The translations under genes and the position numbers were made by a program. From NCBI GenBank assembly GCA_031423615.1, contig JANPFV010000082.1, positions 4,208-68,207 of the forward strand: a DNA stretch of 64,000 bases, written 5' to 3'. The stretch's first letter is position 1, and every line of letters starts with the position of its first letter. Below the pieces are notes generated by a model, which did not search any database, was not told the DNA's origin, and was given only the letters and a program-made list of their open reading frames with translations. Positions 40,847 through 50,287 of the stretch are shown here, piece by piece. This DNA is from Candidatus Omnitrophota bacterium (GTDB lineage Bacteria > Omnitrophota > Gorgyraeia > Zapsychrales > JANLHA01).

Positions 40847-42836
40847 GACTGGCCAATTCTTTTAAAAGTCCCTGCAATATTTCGTCATTCGGATTCACTT
40901 TAAGACCCTGCTTCCAAATAAAGGCGGCTTTTTCAAACTGGCCGGCGTTGGCAAAAATCTTTCCCGCTTCGACATAAGCAAAAAGATCTTGAGGATAGAG
41001 GGCTATGGCCTTTAAATAATATTTTATCGAATCTTTAATATGTCCTTTCCTCGCCAACAGGCCGCCCAACTCCTTTAAGAAACCTTGCCCCTGAATCACC
41101 AGCAAAAAATCTCCCGCGCGGTCAATTGTCGTTTGTGATCCGTGATCTTTCAGACTGAGAGCCAAAAGAGCATACAGCACCCGTTCATCCTTGGCTTGTT
41201 GGGCATACGCCCGACGGTAAAATTCCAATGCTTCTTCCCAATGCCCCTTTTGTTCCAAGACCTGACCCAAATTCAAATAAATTTCCAAGCTATAGGGATT
41301 GAGCGCATTGGCTTTACGCAAATGTTCCTCAGCCGCATCCAGTTTCATTTTTCGCAAATAGCACACACCCAAATTATTGTGTGTAACCGAAGATTCCGGA
41401 TTAACCTCCAGAGACTTTTTAAAATAATCAATGGCTTGGGCTTCTTCCCCTTCCTGCCACGCCATGTCGGCTAAATTTGTATAGATCTGCCAATCACTGC
41501 GCTCATTCGCAATAGCCCTTTGAAACCACATCTTCGCTTCGGCAAACTGGCCACGCAAAAACAAAGCATTGGCTAAATAAAAATTGACCATCTTATTTTG
41601 CGGTGCCTGTTTCTGCCAGTACCGGCACTGCCGGACTTCGTCCGCCCATAGGAAATTATACCGTTGAGAAACCACCGCCGGAACAATGATGATGACGGCC
41701 AGCAGACTTAAAAAGATCCCGGAGTCTCCCGCCCTTTTTATTTTCATGACAAACAGACTGGCCAAAGTGAATAAACCGATCGACGGGAAAAAAAGCCAGT
41801 GGGGTTCTATCATAAACCCTTCTTCCGGCCGGAACAGACAGCCCACTAAAATCGGCAACCATCCAATAAGAAACCAAAATAAAAAGGCGGTCTTTCTGTC
41901 ACGCAAACCCCATCGATAAATCAAAAAAACAATCGTTCCCATTCCGGCCCAAAAAACGCTTAACCATAAAACAAGGCGATTTTGCACGAGAGGAGTTGTC
42001 CACATCAGGACAATGCCTTGCAAGGTAAAAATTTTAGCGATATACCACGTAAAAATCTTTGTAAAGGTCGCGGCGTAATTTCCTAACGTCAGGCTGGAAA
42101 AACTGCCGGCACTCTCCAACACACTCACCTTCACACCGGCATAAATTAATGCAACTACAAAAAATGGCCCCGCGGAGGCAATCGACGACAGGCCACTTTT
42201 TTTGAAAAATACAAAAGCCACGAGAATCAAATAAAAAGGTAATGTCGCGGCGGTTTCGTGACACAACAATGCGGCCACAAAACCCAGCAAACTTAAAATA
42301 AAATAAAAATTTTTACGGCTTGTCCCGGTCATCGCTTGAGAATAAAAATAAATCGCCCCCAGCATCATGATGACCTCAACGGCTAAATATCCCGCCGAGA
42401 CATAATTGACCATCAATGTATTAATCGGATGAACAGCAAAAAGCACGGCGGTTAACAAACCCACATTGTCATCTTCCGTCAAACGCCGGATAACAATGTA
42501 AATCATAAAGCAGATCCCAACGAGCAACGCCAAATTCGTCAAGTGGTAGAAAACAACGTTTTTCCCAAACCAGAAATATTCCAAAGAAATAAGGACATGG
42601 CACAGCGGGCGATAATCCGTAGCGTAGGCCGAAGACTCCAATCCCAAAGACTTATTCCCTCCGGGCAGAAAATTATATAAAATCCTGTGCAGATTTTGCG
42701 TTAAAGGATTTTTTAAGAAAAGCGAATCATCATCAATCATAAAAGGATTGCCCAAACTGGAGCCATAGAGGGCAAAACAAAGCAAAAAAAGCAATCCCGA
42801 GACTAACCACATCCGTTGAGAAATATTCTTAAGCAT
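40821..42836 (-). CDS. Membrane GT-C-like protein with C-terminal TPR repeats (TMTC-like)
   Basis: F..DD loop, YRPL, LFAVHP, multiple TM helices, TPR array. Confidence 0.8.
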   Translation of the reverse strand: MLKNISQRMWLVSGLLFLLCFALYGSSLGNPFMIDDDSLFLKNPLTQNLHRILYNFLPGGNKSLGLESSAYATDYRPLCHVLISLEYFWFGKNVVFYHLTNLALLVGICFMIYIVIRRLTEDDNVGLLTAVLFAVHPINTLMVNYVSAGYLAVEVIMMLGAIYFYSQAMTGTSRKNFYFILSLLGFVAALLCHETAATLPFYLILVAFVFFKKSGLSSIASAGPFFVVALIYAGVKVSVLESAGSFSSLTLGNYAATFTKIFTWYIAKIFTLQGIVLMWTTPLVQNRLVLWLSVFWAGMGTIVFLIYRWGLRDRKTAFLFWFLIGWLPILVGCLFRPEEGFMIEPHWLFFPSIGLFTLASLFVMKIKRAGDSGIFLSLLAVIIIVPAVVSQRYNFLWADEVRQCRYWQKQAPQNKMVNFYLANALFLRGQFAEAKMWFQRAIANERSDWQIYTNLADMAWQEGEEAQAIDYFKKSLEVNPESSVTHNNLGVCYLRKMKLDAAEEHLRKANALNPYSLEIYLNLGQVLEQKGHWEEALEFYRRAYAQQAKDERVLYALLALSLKDHGSQTTIDRAGDFLLVIQGQGFLKELGGLLARKGHIKDSIKYYLKAIALYPQDLFAYVEAGKIFANAGQFEKAAFIWKQGLKVNPNDEILQGLLKELASLSAEKKQP

Positions 42837-42853
42837 TTTTTCTCCGTTGCTTC

Positions 42854-43957
42854 TTAAATAATTTTTACGGCAATGGCATCTAAAACCAAACGACCGGCTG
42901 CGGTCGCTTGCAGACGCGGTCCGTTCAACGACAATAAACCCTGGTCGATCAAATTATCGATCTGTTGTCGAAGGTCCTTCGGTAATTGGCAATTCAATTT
43001 TTCTTCATGTTCACAGACAATGACGCCTGTATTCATTCTTAAACCAAAAATCAGCGCTTCTCGCAAGCGCGCTTCTTTCGAGAGAACTTCATGTCCTTCT
43101 TCGGGACTCTCTTGGGCTTGCACCTTCTTTAAATAATCCGCCAGCCGGCTGGTGTTCCAATTCCGACGGCCGTCGAGGTGGCCGTGGCTGCCCATTCCCA
43201 GGCCAATATAATTTCCACCTTGCCAATAATTAATATTGTGCTTTGATTCAAAACCCGGCCGGCTAAAATTGCTGACTTCATACTGAGACATCCCAGCGTC
43301 ATTGAGCAATGACGTGACCAAAACATATTGCTCGGCTTGGGCGTGATCATCCTGCTGCCGGATCTTCTGGACATAAAATTTGCTATGCTCCTCGACCGTC
43401 AAAGTATAAATCGAAACATGTTCGCTGCCCAGATCCAGCACCGCCTTGACATCCTTTTCGATTTGCTCGGGTGTCTGCTGCAAAAAAGAATACATCAAGT
43501 CGACATTGATGTTTTTAAACCCAGCCGCGCGCAAATCCCTAAACGCATACAAAGCCTTAAAGGAATCATGAACCCGCCCCAGATATTTCAAATAAGCATC
43601 ATTCAGTGTCTGTATGCCCAGACTAACACGATTGACGCCGAGGCTAAACAGGAGTTTTGCTTTTTCTGGATTCAGATTTTCGGGATTGGCTTCAACGGTT
43701 ATTTCGCAGTCCGGCGAAATAACAAAGCGCTGTCGCAACATCATAAACAACCGTTCAATTTGCGCGGGCGTCAAAAGACTCGGCGTTCCGCCTCCCAAAT
43801 AAATCGTTTTAAGATGTTCTCCATGATATCGGCCGGCCTCCGCAGACAAGGCCGCCACATATTCATCCCTGCGGTGCTCTTGGGCGATAGAGACGGCAAA
43901 GGAACAATAAAAACATTTGCGTTCGCAAAAGGGAATATGAATATAAAGAGATGTCAT
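42854..43957 (-). CDS. hemW: Radical SAM heme chaperone HemW
   Basis: LYIHIPFCERKCFYCSF, GGGTPS, YEVSNF, HNINYW. Confidence 0.92.
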   Translation of the reverse strand: MTSLYIHIPFCERKCFYCSFAVSIAQEHRRDEYVAALSAEAGRYHGEHLKTIYLGGGTPSLLTPAQIERLFMMLRQRFVISPDCEITVEANPENLNPEKAKLLFSLGVNRVSLGIQTLNDAYLKYLGRVHDSFKALYAFRDLRAAGFKNINVDLMYSFLQQTPEQIEKDVKAVLDLGSEHVSIYTLTVEEHSKFYVQKIRQQDDHAQAEQYVLVTSLLNDAGMSQYEVSNFSRPGFESKHNINYWQGGNYIGLGMGSHGHLDGRRNWNTSRLADYLKKVQAQESPEEGHEVLSKEARLREALIFGLRMNTGVIVCEHEEKLNCQLPKDLRQQIDNLIDQGLLSLNGPRLQATAAGRLVLDAIAVKII

Positions 43958-44150
43958 AAAATTATTTAAATTTTTATTTTTTCTTACGCTTTGCGCATAA
44001 TTAACATTTTTTTCGCAATTGTTTTTACAATCCACTGTGACTATTTAGCGGTCGGTGAAGAATTTTATTTCTCCGTCGGATAAAACGCCATTATTTTTTT
44101 ATTTCTATTTTAACAGAATTAATTTTAATAAAAAATTGTTTAGAAAATTT

Positions 44151-44178
44151 TTGCATCTCTTATCCCGTATGTTATTAT
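44151..44178 (+). promoter_or_regulatory. Sigma70-type promoter upstream of the micro-ORF
   Basis: TTGCAT-16 bp-TATTAT with extended TG; AT-rich upstream region. Confidence 0.55.
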
Positions 44179-44233
44179 TAAAACATAATTAGCAATTCAA
44201 CATCATCTTTATCTCTGAGAAAGGAGACAAACG

Positions 44234-44284
44234 ATGGCTACAAAGAAAAAAGCAGCTAAGAAAAAGACAGCTAAGAGAAAATAA
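44234..44284 (+). CDS. 16-aa basic micropeptide MATKKKAAKKKTAKRK
   Basis: Strong SD GAAAGGAGA just upstream of the ATG, own promoter and own terminator. Confidence 0.7.
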   Translation: MATKKKAAKKKTAKRK

Positions 44285-44307
44285 TTCTCAAAGCCCGCAT
44301 TTACCAG

Positions 44308-44340
44308 CAAACCCCTCGGCATCAAACCCGGGGGGTTTTG
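44308..44340 (+). terminator. Intrinsic terminator after the micro-ORF
   Basis: AAACCCCTCGG-loop-CCGGGGGGTTTT. Confidence 0.75.
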
Positions 44341-44360
44341 GTTTATGATATACTAAACCC

Positions 44361-46736
44361 ATGCCGCGATCCCGATCTTTTGATCATCCTCTAAAAATAT
44401 CTTTTCTTTTGGCCTTTGTCCTGTCTTTGGCTTTTTACGATATAGTTTTTCTCAACAAAACATTTAAAGTCACCACCGCGAATTCTCAAGCGCTCCCTAG
44501 CGGCGTTTATGGACAGCAAGACAACAAACCCCGTTTCATTCCGGCCAACGGAACGGACGCGCCGGTTTCCGAAGAGCCTATTTACGAATTTATAAAACAA
44601 AATATCCGTCGAGGAATTCTGCCACTGTGGAACCCCCATCAAGCCTGCGGTTATGCTTTGATTGGCATGCTTGAAATCGGCCTCTTCTTTCCCCTGACGC
44701 TCATTATGTATATTCTCCCCAATATAATGGCCTGGGACTGCCTCATCTTAGCGCGACTTTTCTTTGCGGGATTATTCATGTTTTGGTTTATGCGGCGGAT
44801 GGGGTTTAAAGATCCCCCCGCTTTATGCAGCGCGATCGTATTTATGCTCAGCGGGCCTATGATCTTACTGCAATATTGGACCGCGAATGTGGATTTGCTG
44901 ACCCCGCTCTTACTTTTGGCGCTGGATCGACTTATTATTAGAGAAGCTAGCCCAAAGTCCATCGCCTTTCTGAGTATAACCATCGCCTTAACAATCTTTG
45001 CCGGACATCCGGAACATGTTTTCTTGGTCAATGCCTTTGGCTTGACTTTTTTTCTTTATCGAACGTTCTCGCTTCATTATAAACCCGCCTACAAAAAGAT
45101 ATTTTTCTCTTATGCCGTGGCCTATGGACTGGGCGTCGGCCTCGCGGCGATCGTCTTCTTTCCCTTTTTAAACAATCTCATGGCTGGAGAATTCTGGACA
45201 GGCCATCCCGACGGCACGGGACTTTTGATGGAAGAACAGCGCGATCGCGCTCTATCTTTAGCTTTGCCCCATTTTTTTCAAAAAGAAAATTTAACTTTCG
45301 ATTTCACGTTTGCCGGTTGGTGGGGCGGGTATCTGGGAACCTTGCCGCTGGCCCTCGCCTTTTTAAGTTTATTTAACAAACAGAAGCGAGGTCTCAACTA
45401 TTTCTTCGGCATCTTACTGGTCCTGATCATCAGCAAAGAATACGGCCTGTTTTTTATCAATTGGATAGGGCATTTGCCTCTCTTTGATACCTGTCGTTAC
45501 GCCATTCATACCCCCCCTTTAGCCGCCTTCACCGTCGCTATACTCAGTGGAATGGGACTGCGGAGTATTTCACAGGCCAAGAAATATTTTTTCAAAGGCC
45601 TGGTCTTTGTGGCTGGTCTTTCGGTGATCGTGATGTTGCATCTTTTTTTTCTACGAAAAAGCGGACATTTTGACATTTCCCTCCAAGCCAGTGCCTTTGC
45701 TTTGTTTTTGTTAATATTATTTCAAATCATTTTATGGCTCAAAGACCGCGGACTTCTCAAAAGAAAAACCGTGGGCCTTATTATGGTCACCTTGATCTTT
45801 TCTGAATTGTTTCTCTATATTCACCGGGAACATCCTCGCCGCTTTGATTCTTTCGCTAAAGTTCCTTATATCGAATTCTTAAAATCGCAAGACACCCCCA
45901 GCCGTAGCTATGGCATCTTTTGGGCCTTTTATCCCAACACCGCAACCGGTTTCGGCGTGGATGATCTGGGATATTTTCTGGGGTTAGTCCCGAGCCGCTA
46001 TGTGGATTTCGTAAATGCGCTGGTCCTGGAAAATCATTTTCAAAAAAACCTCCGTCCCCCGGCTTTGCGCGCCATGCCTATTGCCGCTGACAAGCGTAAT
46101 ATTCTGGATCTCCTCAATGTCCGTTATATTATTGTCCCGACGGACGGACGGTTCAAAAAATTACTGCCCGACCCTGAAGAATTTAAAAAACAAATGAAAA
46201 TGGTTTATAGCGGGGAAGTTGTGATTTATGAAAGACCCCATGTTTTGCCGCGGGCCTATATTGTCCGGCGCGTTATTTTTACGCCCGATAAAGATAAATC
46301 CCTGGATTTTATCAAACGCCTAGGTCTGGCCGCTCACGAGGGTGTGGTGATCACCCATGCGCCGGACCGAAAAATTTCTTCACACATCAATGCTTTGCCG
46401 ATCCACGACGCATCAAGCATAAAAATTATCCGTTCAAATCCCAATGACGTTGTTTTGCAGGCGGAAATGAAAAATGCGGGATTAGTCGTTCTCTCCGATG
46501 CGTATCATCCCGACTGGAAGGTTTATATCGACGGAAAAGCCAGTGAGGTTTTTCAAACGAATTATCTGGTGCGCTCCGTTTTTGTGCCGGAAGGCCGGCA
46601 CAGGGTGCAGTTTATTTTTAGTCCTAAATCTTTTTACGCAGGCCTCGCTGTCAGCATCGTGTCCTTGCTTTTACTCATCGGACTTTTCTTTCTTCCCAAT
46701 AAAAAACCCCCGTCCACTTTCGCAAACAGGGGCTGA
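44361..46736 (+). CDS. YfhO-family membrane protein (GT-C like)
   Basis: PLWNPHQACG, AGHPE, C-terminal LVVLSDAYHPDWKVYIDG...VPEGRH. Confidence 0.85.
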   Translation: MPRSRSFDHPLKISFLLAFVLSLAFYDIVFLNKTFKVTTANSQALPSGVYGQQDNKPRFIPANGTDAPVSEEPIYEFIKQNIRRGILPLWNPHQACGYALIGMLEIGLFFPLTLIMYILPNIMAWDCLILARLFFAGLFMFWFMRRMGFKDPPALCSAIVFMLSGPMILLQYWTANVDLLTPLLLLALDRLIIREASPKSIAFLSITIALTIFAGHPEHVFLVNAFGLTFFLYRTFSLHYKPAYKKIFFSYAVAYGLGVGLAAIVFFPFLNNLMAGEFWTGHPDGTGLLMEEQRDRALSLALPHFFQKENLTFDFTFAGWWGGYLGTLPLALAFLSLFNKQKRGLNYFFGILLVLIISKEYGLFFINWIGHLPLFDTCRYAIHTPPLAAFTVAILSGMGLRSISQAKKYFFKGLVFVAGLSVIVMLHLFFLRKSGHFDISLQASAFALFLLILFQIILWLKDRGLLKRKTVGLIMVTLIFSELFLYIHREHPRRFDSFAKVPYIEFLKSQDTPSRSYGIFWAFYPNTATGFGVDDLGYFLGLVPSRYVDFVNALVLENHFQKNLRPPALRAMPIAADKRNILDLLNVRYIIVPTDGRFKKLLPDPEEFKKQMKMVYSGEVVIYERPHVLPRAYIVRRVIFTPDKDKSLDFIKRLGLAAHEGVVITHAPDRKISSHINALPIHDASSIKIIRSNPNDVVLQAEMKNAGLVVLSDAYHPDWKVYIDGKASEVFQTNYLVRSVFVPEGRHRVQFIFSPKSFYAGLAVSIVSLLLLIGLFFLPNKKPPSTFANRG

Positions 46737-46748
46737 CTCAATGGCTTC

Positions 46749-47018
46749 TTATTTCTTCTTGCGGTTAGTCATCTTTTTTGTTTTCTCGGTACGCTTGGAA
46801 CGGGCCTGACCTTTACGTTTCTTAGCTTGGATAGCCGTATATTTTTCTGGAAGATGATATTTCATCCAGCCTTCGGCATAAAGCTTAAGCCATTCATCCG
46901 TCGCACGTTCAATTCCGATGGAATATCCTGCCTTCTGGCTTTCAATCCACAAATGCCGATTGATTTCTTCAATCACGCGTTTGTCCTTCAGTAAGTCACG
47001 AAGTTCATCAATTTTCAT
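46749..47018 (-). CDS. DUF4032-like small protein
   Basis: EINRHLWIESQKAGYSIG.ERA..EW; basic tail. Confidence 0.7.
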   Translation of the reverse strand: MKIDELRDLLKDKRVIEEINRHLWIESQKAGYSIGIERATDEWLKLYAEGWMKYHLPEKYTAIQAKKRKGQARSKRTEKTKKMTNRKKK

Positions 47019-47097
47019 AAGCCCTCACAGTGTTTCCCGCTTTTTGAAAGTCAGTATAGCGTACTTCCTTTAAAACACAAAAGAAAATTATCCCTAT

Positions 47098-47829
47098 TTA
47101 CTTTAAAATTTCCCGGCTTCCCGAATACGGACGGGACTGTGCCAACTGTGAAAATAAAATGCCCAGCTCATAAAGAATGAGCAGCGGAATGGTCAAAATG
47201 ATCTGGCTGACTACGTCGGGAGGCGTCAAAATGGCGGCCACGATCAGAATGAAAACAATCGCATAACGGCGTTTCTGCCGTAAAAACTCTGGCGTCGCAA
47301 TTCCGATCCGCGCCAGAAATCCCAGAATAAGAGGCAATTCAAATGTCACCCCCGATGAAATCACGATGGTCCCGATAAAAGAAATATATTTGTCCACCGT
47401 GATCATGGGCACCATCCACGATGAAGAAAAACTGAGAAGAAAATTAATGGAAATGGGCAGCATCACAAAATATCCGAAAGCGGCCCCGCCCAAAAAAAAC
47501 AGCAAGGACAACGGGCCGAAAATTTTCACGTAACGCTGTTCCTCTATTGTTAAACCGAGGCTGATAAATTTCCAAAACTGATAAAGGATGACGGGAAGAG
47601 CCACAAAAAAGCCGCCAATCATGGCCAAGGTCACATGGGCATTGAACGCTTCAGCCGGAGAAGTAAAAACGATCTTTCCAACGGGGCGAACTACGTAACG
47701 GATCACCGGGTCGAGCCAATTCCAGACGACGATTGACCCGATGCCGAAGGCGGCGAGTGATTTGATCAAACGGCCGCGCAATTCATGCAAATGGGTGAAA
47801 AATGAAAGGACTTGCGGAGAGAAAGACAT
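47098..47829 (-). CDS. tatC: Twin-arginine translocase TatC
   Basis: HLHELRGRL, YQFWKFI, FELP, AAILTPPD. Confidence 0.95.
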   Translation of the reverse strand: MSFSPQVLSFFTHLHELRGRLIKSLAAFGIGSIVVWNWLDPVIRYVVRPVGKIVFTSPAEAFNAHVTLAMIGGFFVALPVILYQFWKFISLGLTIEEQRYVKIFGPLSLLFFLGGAAFGYFVMLPISINFLLSFSSSWMVPMITVDKYISFIGTIVISSGVTFELPLILGFLARIGIATPEFLRQKRRYAIVFILIVAAILTPPDVVSQIILTIPLLILYELGILFSQLAQSRPYSGSREILK

Positions 47830-47945
47830 GATAAAAATACGACCCGGAAACTAGTGCACGGTCAAATTAATTTTAAAAAGTTTACCTTTAGAAAAAGTGC
47901 ACTGTTGTACTGTGTTTCACTATTAACAATTAGATTTACACAGTA

Positions 47946-48119
47946 CTAGGCGTCTTTATTTTCATTTTCCTTTTTGTCGGTATCTCCTTTAAGGGCTTTT
48001 TGGAATTCCCTGATCGCCTTTCCCAAGGAACTGCCAATTTCCGGCAGGCGCTTGGAACCAAAAAGAAAAAGAATAACGACTAAAATCAAAAGCAATTCCA
48101 GAATTCCTATACGTCCCAT
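47946..48119 (-). CDS. tatA: Twin-arginine translocase TatA/E (below the ORF-track cutoff)
   Basis: Own translation MGRIGILELLLILVVILFLFGSKRLPEIGSSLGKAIREFQKALKGDTDKKENENKDA; SD GAGGAG. Confidence 0.95.
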   Translation of the reverse strand: MGRIGILELLLILVVILFLFGSKRLPEIGSSLGKAIREFQKALKGDTDKKENENKDA

Positions 48120-48138
48120 GACCGCGACTCCTCTTTTT

Positions 48139-48744
48139 TTATTCTGACTTCACGTGATAATAATCTCTGGTAAAATCCGCTACTTTTTTGTCGACCGGCT
48201 CGACATAAGAAACCACATCCAAGGCCGACGTGACTTTGACCACTCCGACTTTATTATTATCCGCCTCATAAACATTCAGCCGGCTTCCTTTATGCACGCC
48301 ATTTAGAACACCCAAGGTCACCATACATCTTGAGGTTTTGCGGTCAATCCATAACGAACCTTCTTTCCGTGTGGCTTCACTCTCATCATGAATCTTTTCC
48401 GAAGCCCGGACCACCTTTTCTAAATCCAGAACACGGCCCACCTTGGACTGCAACGTTTCCGCCTTATTGTTCGCCGCTTCTTTTTCTGTGCTGACTAAAT
48501 GCAATTTTTGATTCAAGTCTTGAAATTCGACTTCTTTGGCACTTTGAGCATTGACGGTCAAGTACAACAAAAAGACCGCGCCAATAAATGAAGCTGAGAT
48601 GAAAATAAGTCCGGTTATAATCTGCTTTTTCCCGTCGGGTATTTTAGCAGATGGCCGAATGGGCATCGAAGCTTTTCCAACAGCTTTGGGCCCCGGCCCG
48701 GCTGGATCCGTGGCCTTCTCTTTCTTTCCAAAGGGAAGTTTCAT
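48139..48744 (-). CDS. Hypothetical single-TM protein with coiled coil
   Basis: 201-aa ORF, one TM helix, beta-rich C-terminus. Confidence 0.75.
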   Translation of the reverse strand: MKLPFGKKEKATDPAGPGPKAVGKASMPIRPSAKIPDGKKQIITGLIFISASFIGAVFLLYLTVNAQSAKEVEFQDLNQKLHLVSTEKEAANNKAETLQSKVGRVLDLEKVVRASEKIHDESEATRKEGSLWIDRKTSRCMVTLGVLNGVHKGSRLNVYEADNNKVGVVKVTSALDVVSYVEPVDKKVADFTRDYYHVKSE

Positions 48745-48834
48745 GGCTTCATCATATCACACTCTTGGGACTCCTTATACCCTTTGCGCCAAAAAAAAGT
48801 TGCATTCTTATCACTCACATGCCATAATAAAACC

Positions 48835-48921
48835 AGTAATGGAGGCCAACTGATAGCTTAACGCAACTCAAGGCCTATCACCTTATAAGGGCGACCCTCA
48901 AAGAGTCGTCCTTATTATTTT
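48835..48921 (+). ncRNA. Candidate small RNA
   Basis: TTGCAT-17-CATAAT promoter (48800-48828), TGATAG/CTATCA hairpin, ATAAGGGCGAC/GTCGTCCTTAT terminator. Confidence 0.35.
48885..48921. terminator. Hairpin terminator downstream of pgi (possibly bidirectional)
   Basis: ATAAGGGCGAC-9 nt-GTCGTCCTTAT-TATTTT. Confidence 0.7.
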
Positions 48922-50194
48922 ATTTACGCCCCAACAGAGCAAACATCTTCGCTTTATACGCTTCTACACCCGGCTGATCAAATGGATTGACACCCATCAA
49001 ATAACCGGTCATCGCGCACGATTTTTCAAAAAAATAAAACAACTGACCCAAGCTATAAGCTTCAAATCTTGGCAAGGTGATCGTCATATTCGGGACACCG
49101 CCTTCCCAATGGGCCGCGGCCGTGGCCTTATAAGCTTGTTGATTGACCCAGTCGAGATTTTTTCCCGCCACACAATTGAAATTGTCCTGATTTTCTTTAT
49201 CTTCGGGAATGAGAAGTTCATTCCCGGTATCTTTAACAACAACAAAGGTTTCAAAAATATTACGCTCCCCTTCCTGAATCCATTGCCCCATGGAATGCAA
49301 ATCGGCAGTAAAATTGACTGATGCGGGAAAAATCCCGTGACCTTCCTTCCCTTCGCTTTCGCCAAACAATTGCTTCCACCATTCGGCCGTAAAACTTATC
49401 TCCTCATAAAAGTAAGCCAATATTTCAATCGCTTTCTTTTGTTTGTACAAAAGATAACGGTAAGCGCTGTATTGCCACGACAAATTTTTCTCTAACGATG
49501 CTTCCGAAAGATCTTTTTCCGCGTCTTTGGCGCCTTTGAGCAAACCCGCGATGTCGATCCCCGCGATGGCTAACGGAACCAATCCGACCGGAGACAGAAC
49601 CGAATAGCGTCCGCCAATATCATCTGCGATGGGATAGGTGCGGTAACCCGCTTTGTCAGCGATGGCGCGCAAAGCCCCTTTCTTCTCGTCGGTAATACAA
49701 ATAATCCGCTTCTTTAATTCCGCTTCAGAATACTTACTCTCCATAAATTTCTTGACCAAACGAAAAGCCACGGCCGGTTCCGTGGTGGTTCCGGACTTGG
49801 AGATGACGACAACACTGACGCGTTTGTCTTTGAGTTTGGCAAAAAGTTTCTTAAGATAACCTGAACTCATGTTGTGCCCGGCATAGTAAACAGGAATTTT
49901 TTGTTCGCGGGATAAAAAATCCAGGGCGGCCCGGATACCGATGTATGATCCCCCGATACCGATAGAAATCAAACAATCAGAATTCTTACGGACATCTTCC
50001 CCGAGTTTAATCAATTCGTCGATAAATTTCTTTTTGGTTTTGCTGGGAAGATTGATCCATCCGGTGAAATCATTGCCTTTTCCCTTACCTGCGTGAAGAT
50101 CATCATGGGCTTTTTTTAATTTCGGCGTAAGTGCCTGAAGGTCGCGGCCTTTAACAAAATTTTTTAAATTCGTGACATCTAACTGGATCTTCAT
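48920..50194 (-). CDS. pgi: Glucose-6-phosphate isomerase
   Basis: GIGGSYIG, SKSGTTTE, IGGRYSV, QLFGESEGK, NPFDQPGVE. Confidence 0.96.
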   Translation of the reverse strand: MKIQLDVTNLKNFVKGRDLQALTPKLKKAHDDLHAGKGKGNDFTGWINLPSKTKKKFIDELIKLGEDVRKNSDCLISIGIGGSYIGIRAALDFLSREQKIPVYYAGHNMSSGYLKKLFAKLKDKRVSVVVISKSGTTTEPAVAFRLVKKFMESKYSEAELKKRIICITDEKKGALRAIADKAGYRTYPIADDIGGRYSVLSPVGLVPLAIAGIDIAGLLKGAKDAEKDLSEASLEKNLSWQYSAYRYLLYKQKKAIEILAYFYEEISFTAEWWKQLFGESEGKEGHGIFPASVNFTADLHSMGQWIQEGERNIFETFVVVKDTGNELLIPEDKENQDNFNCVAGKNLDWVNQQAYKATAAAHWEGGVPNMTITLPRFEAYSLGQLFYFFEKSCAMTGYLMGVNPFDQPGVEAYKAKMFALLGRK

Positions 50195-50211
50195 AACACC
50201 CTTTCTTCTAG

Positions 50212-50287
50212 GCGGGTTCTGTCGCTGCGGGACTCTACCGTCCTCGCAAGCTGCGGGCGGCAGAGAACTCCCCTTTGCGCCACCCGC
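50212..50287 (-). repeat. Dispersed hairpin repeat, full copy
   Basis: Reverse complement GCGGGTGGCGCAAAGGGGAGTTCTCTGCC...GGTAGAGTCCCGCAGCGACAGAACCCGC aligns with 54420-54505. Confidence 0.85.

Noticed and set aside
47852-47946. Short inverted repeats between tatA and tatC (AGTGCAC/GTGCACT; GTACTGTGT/ACACAGTAC)
   Set aside because: Short arms with long AT-rich loops; no function can be assigned and no tatB remnant is visible
48833-48882. Fluoride riboswitch
   Set aside because: Only loose similarity (AATGGAG); the conserved CTRATGAC..CTAC segment is absent and there is no downstream plus-strand gene
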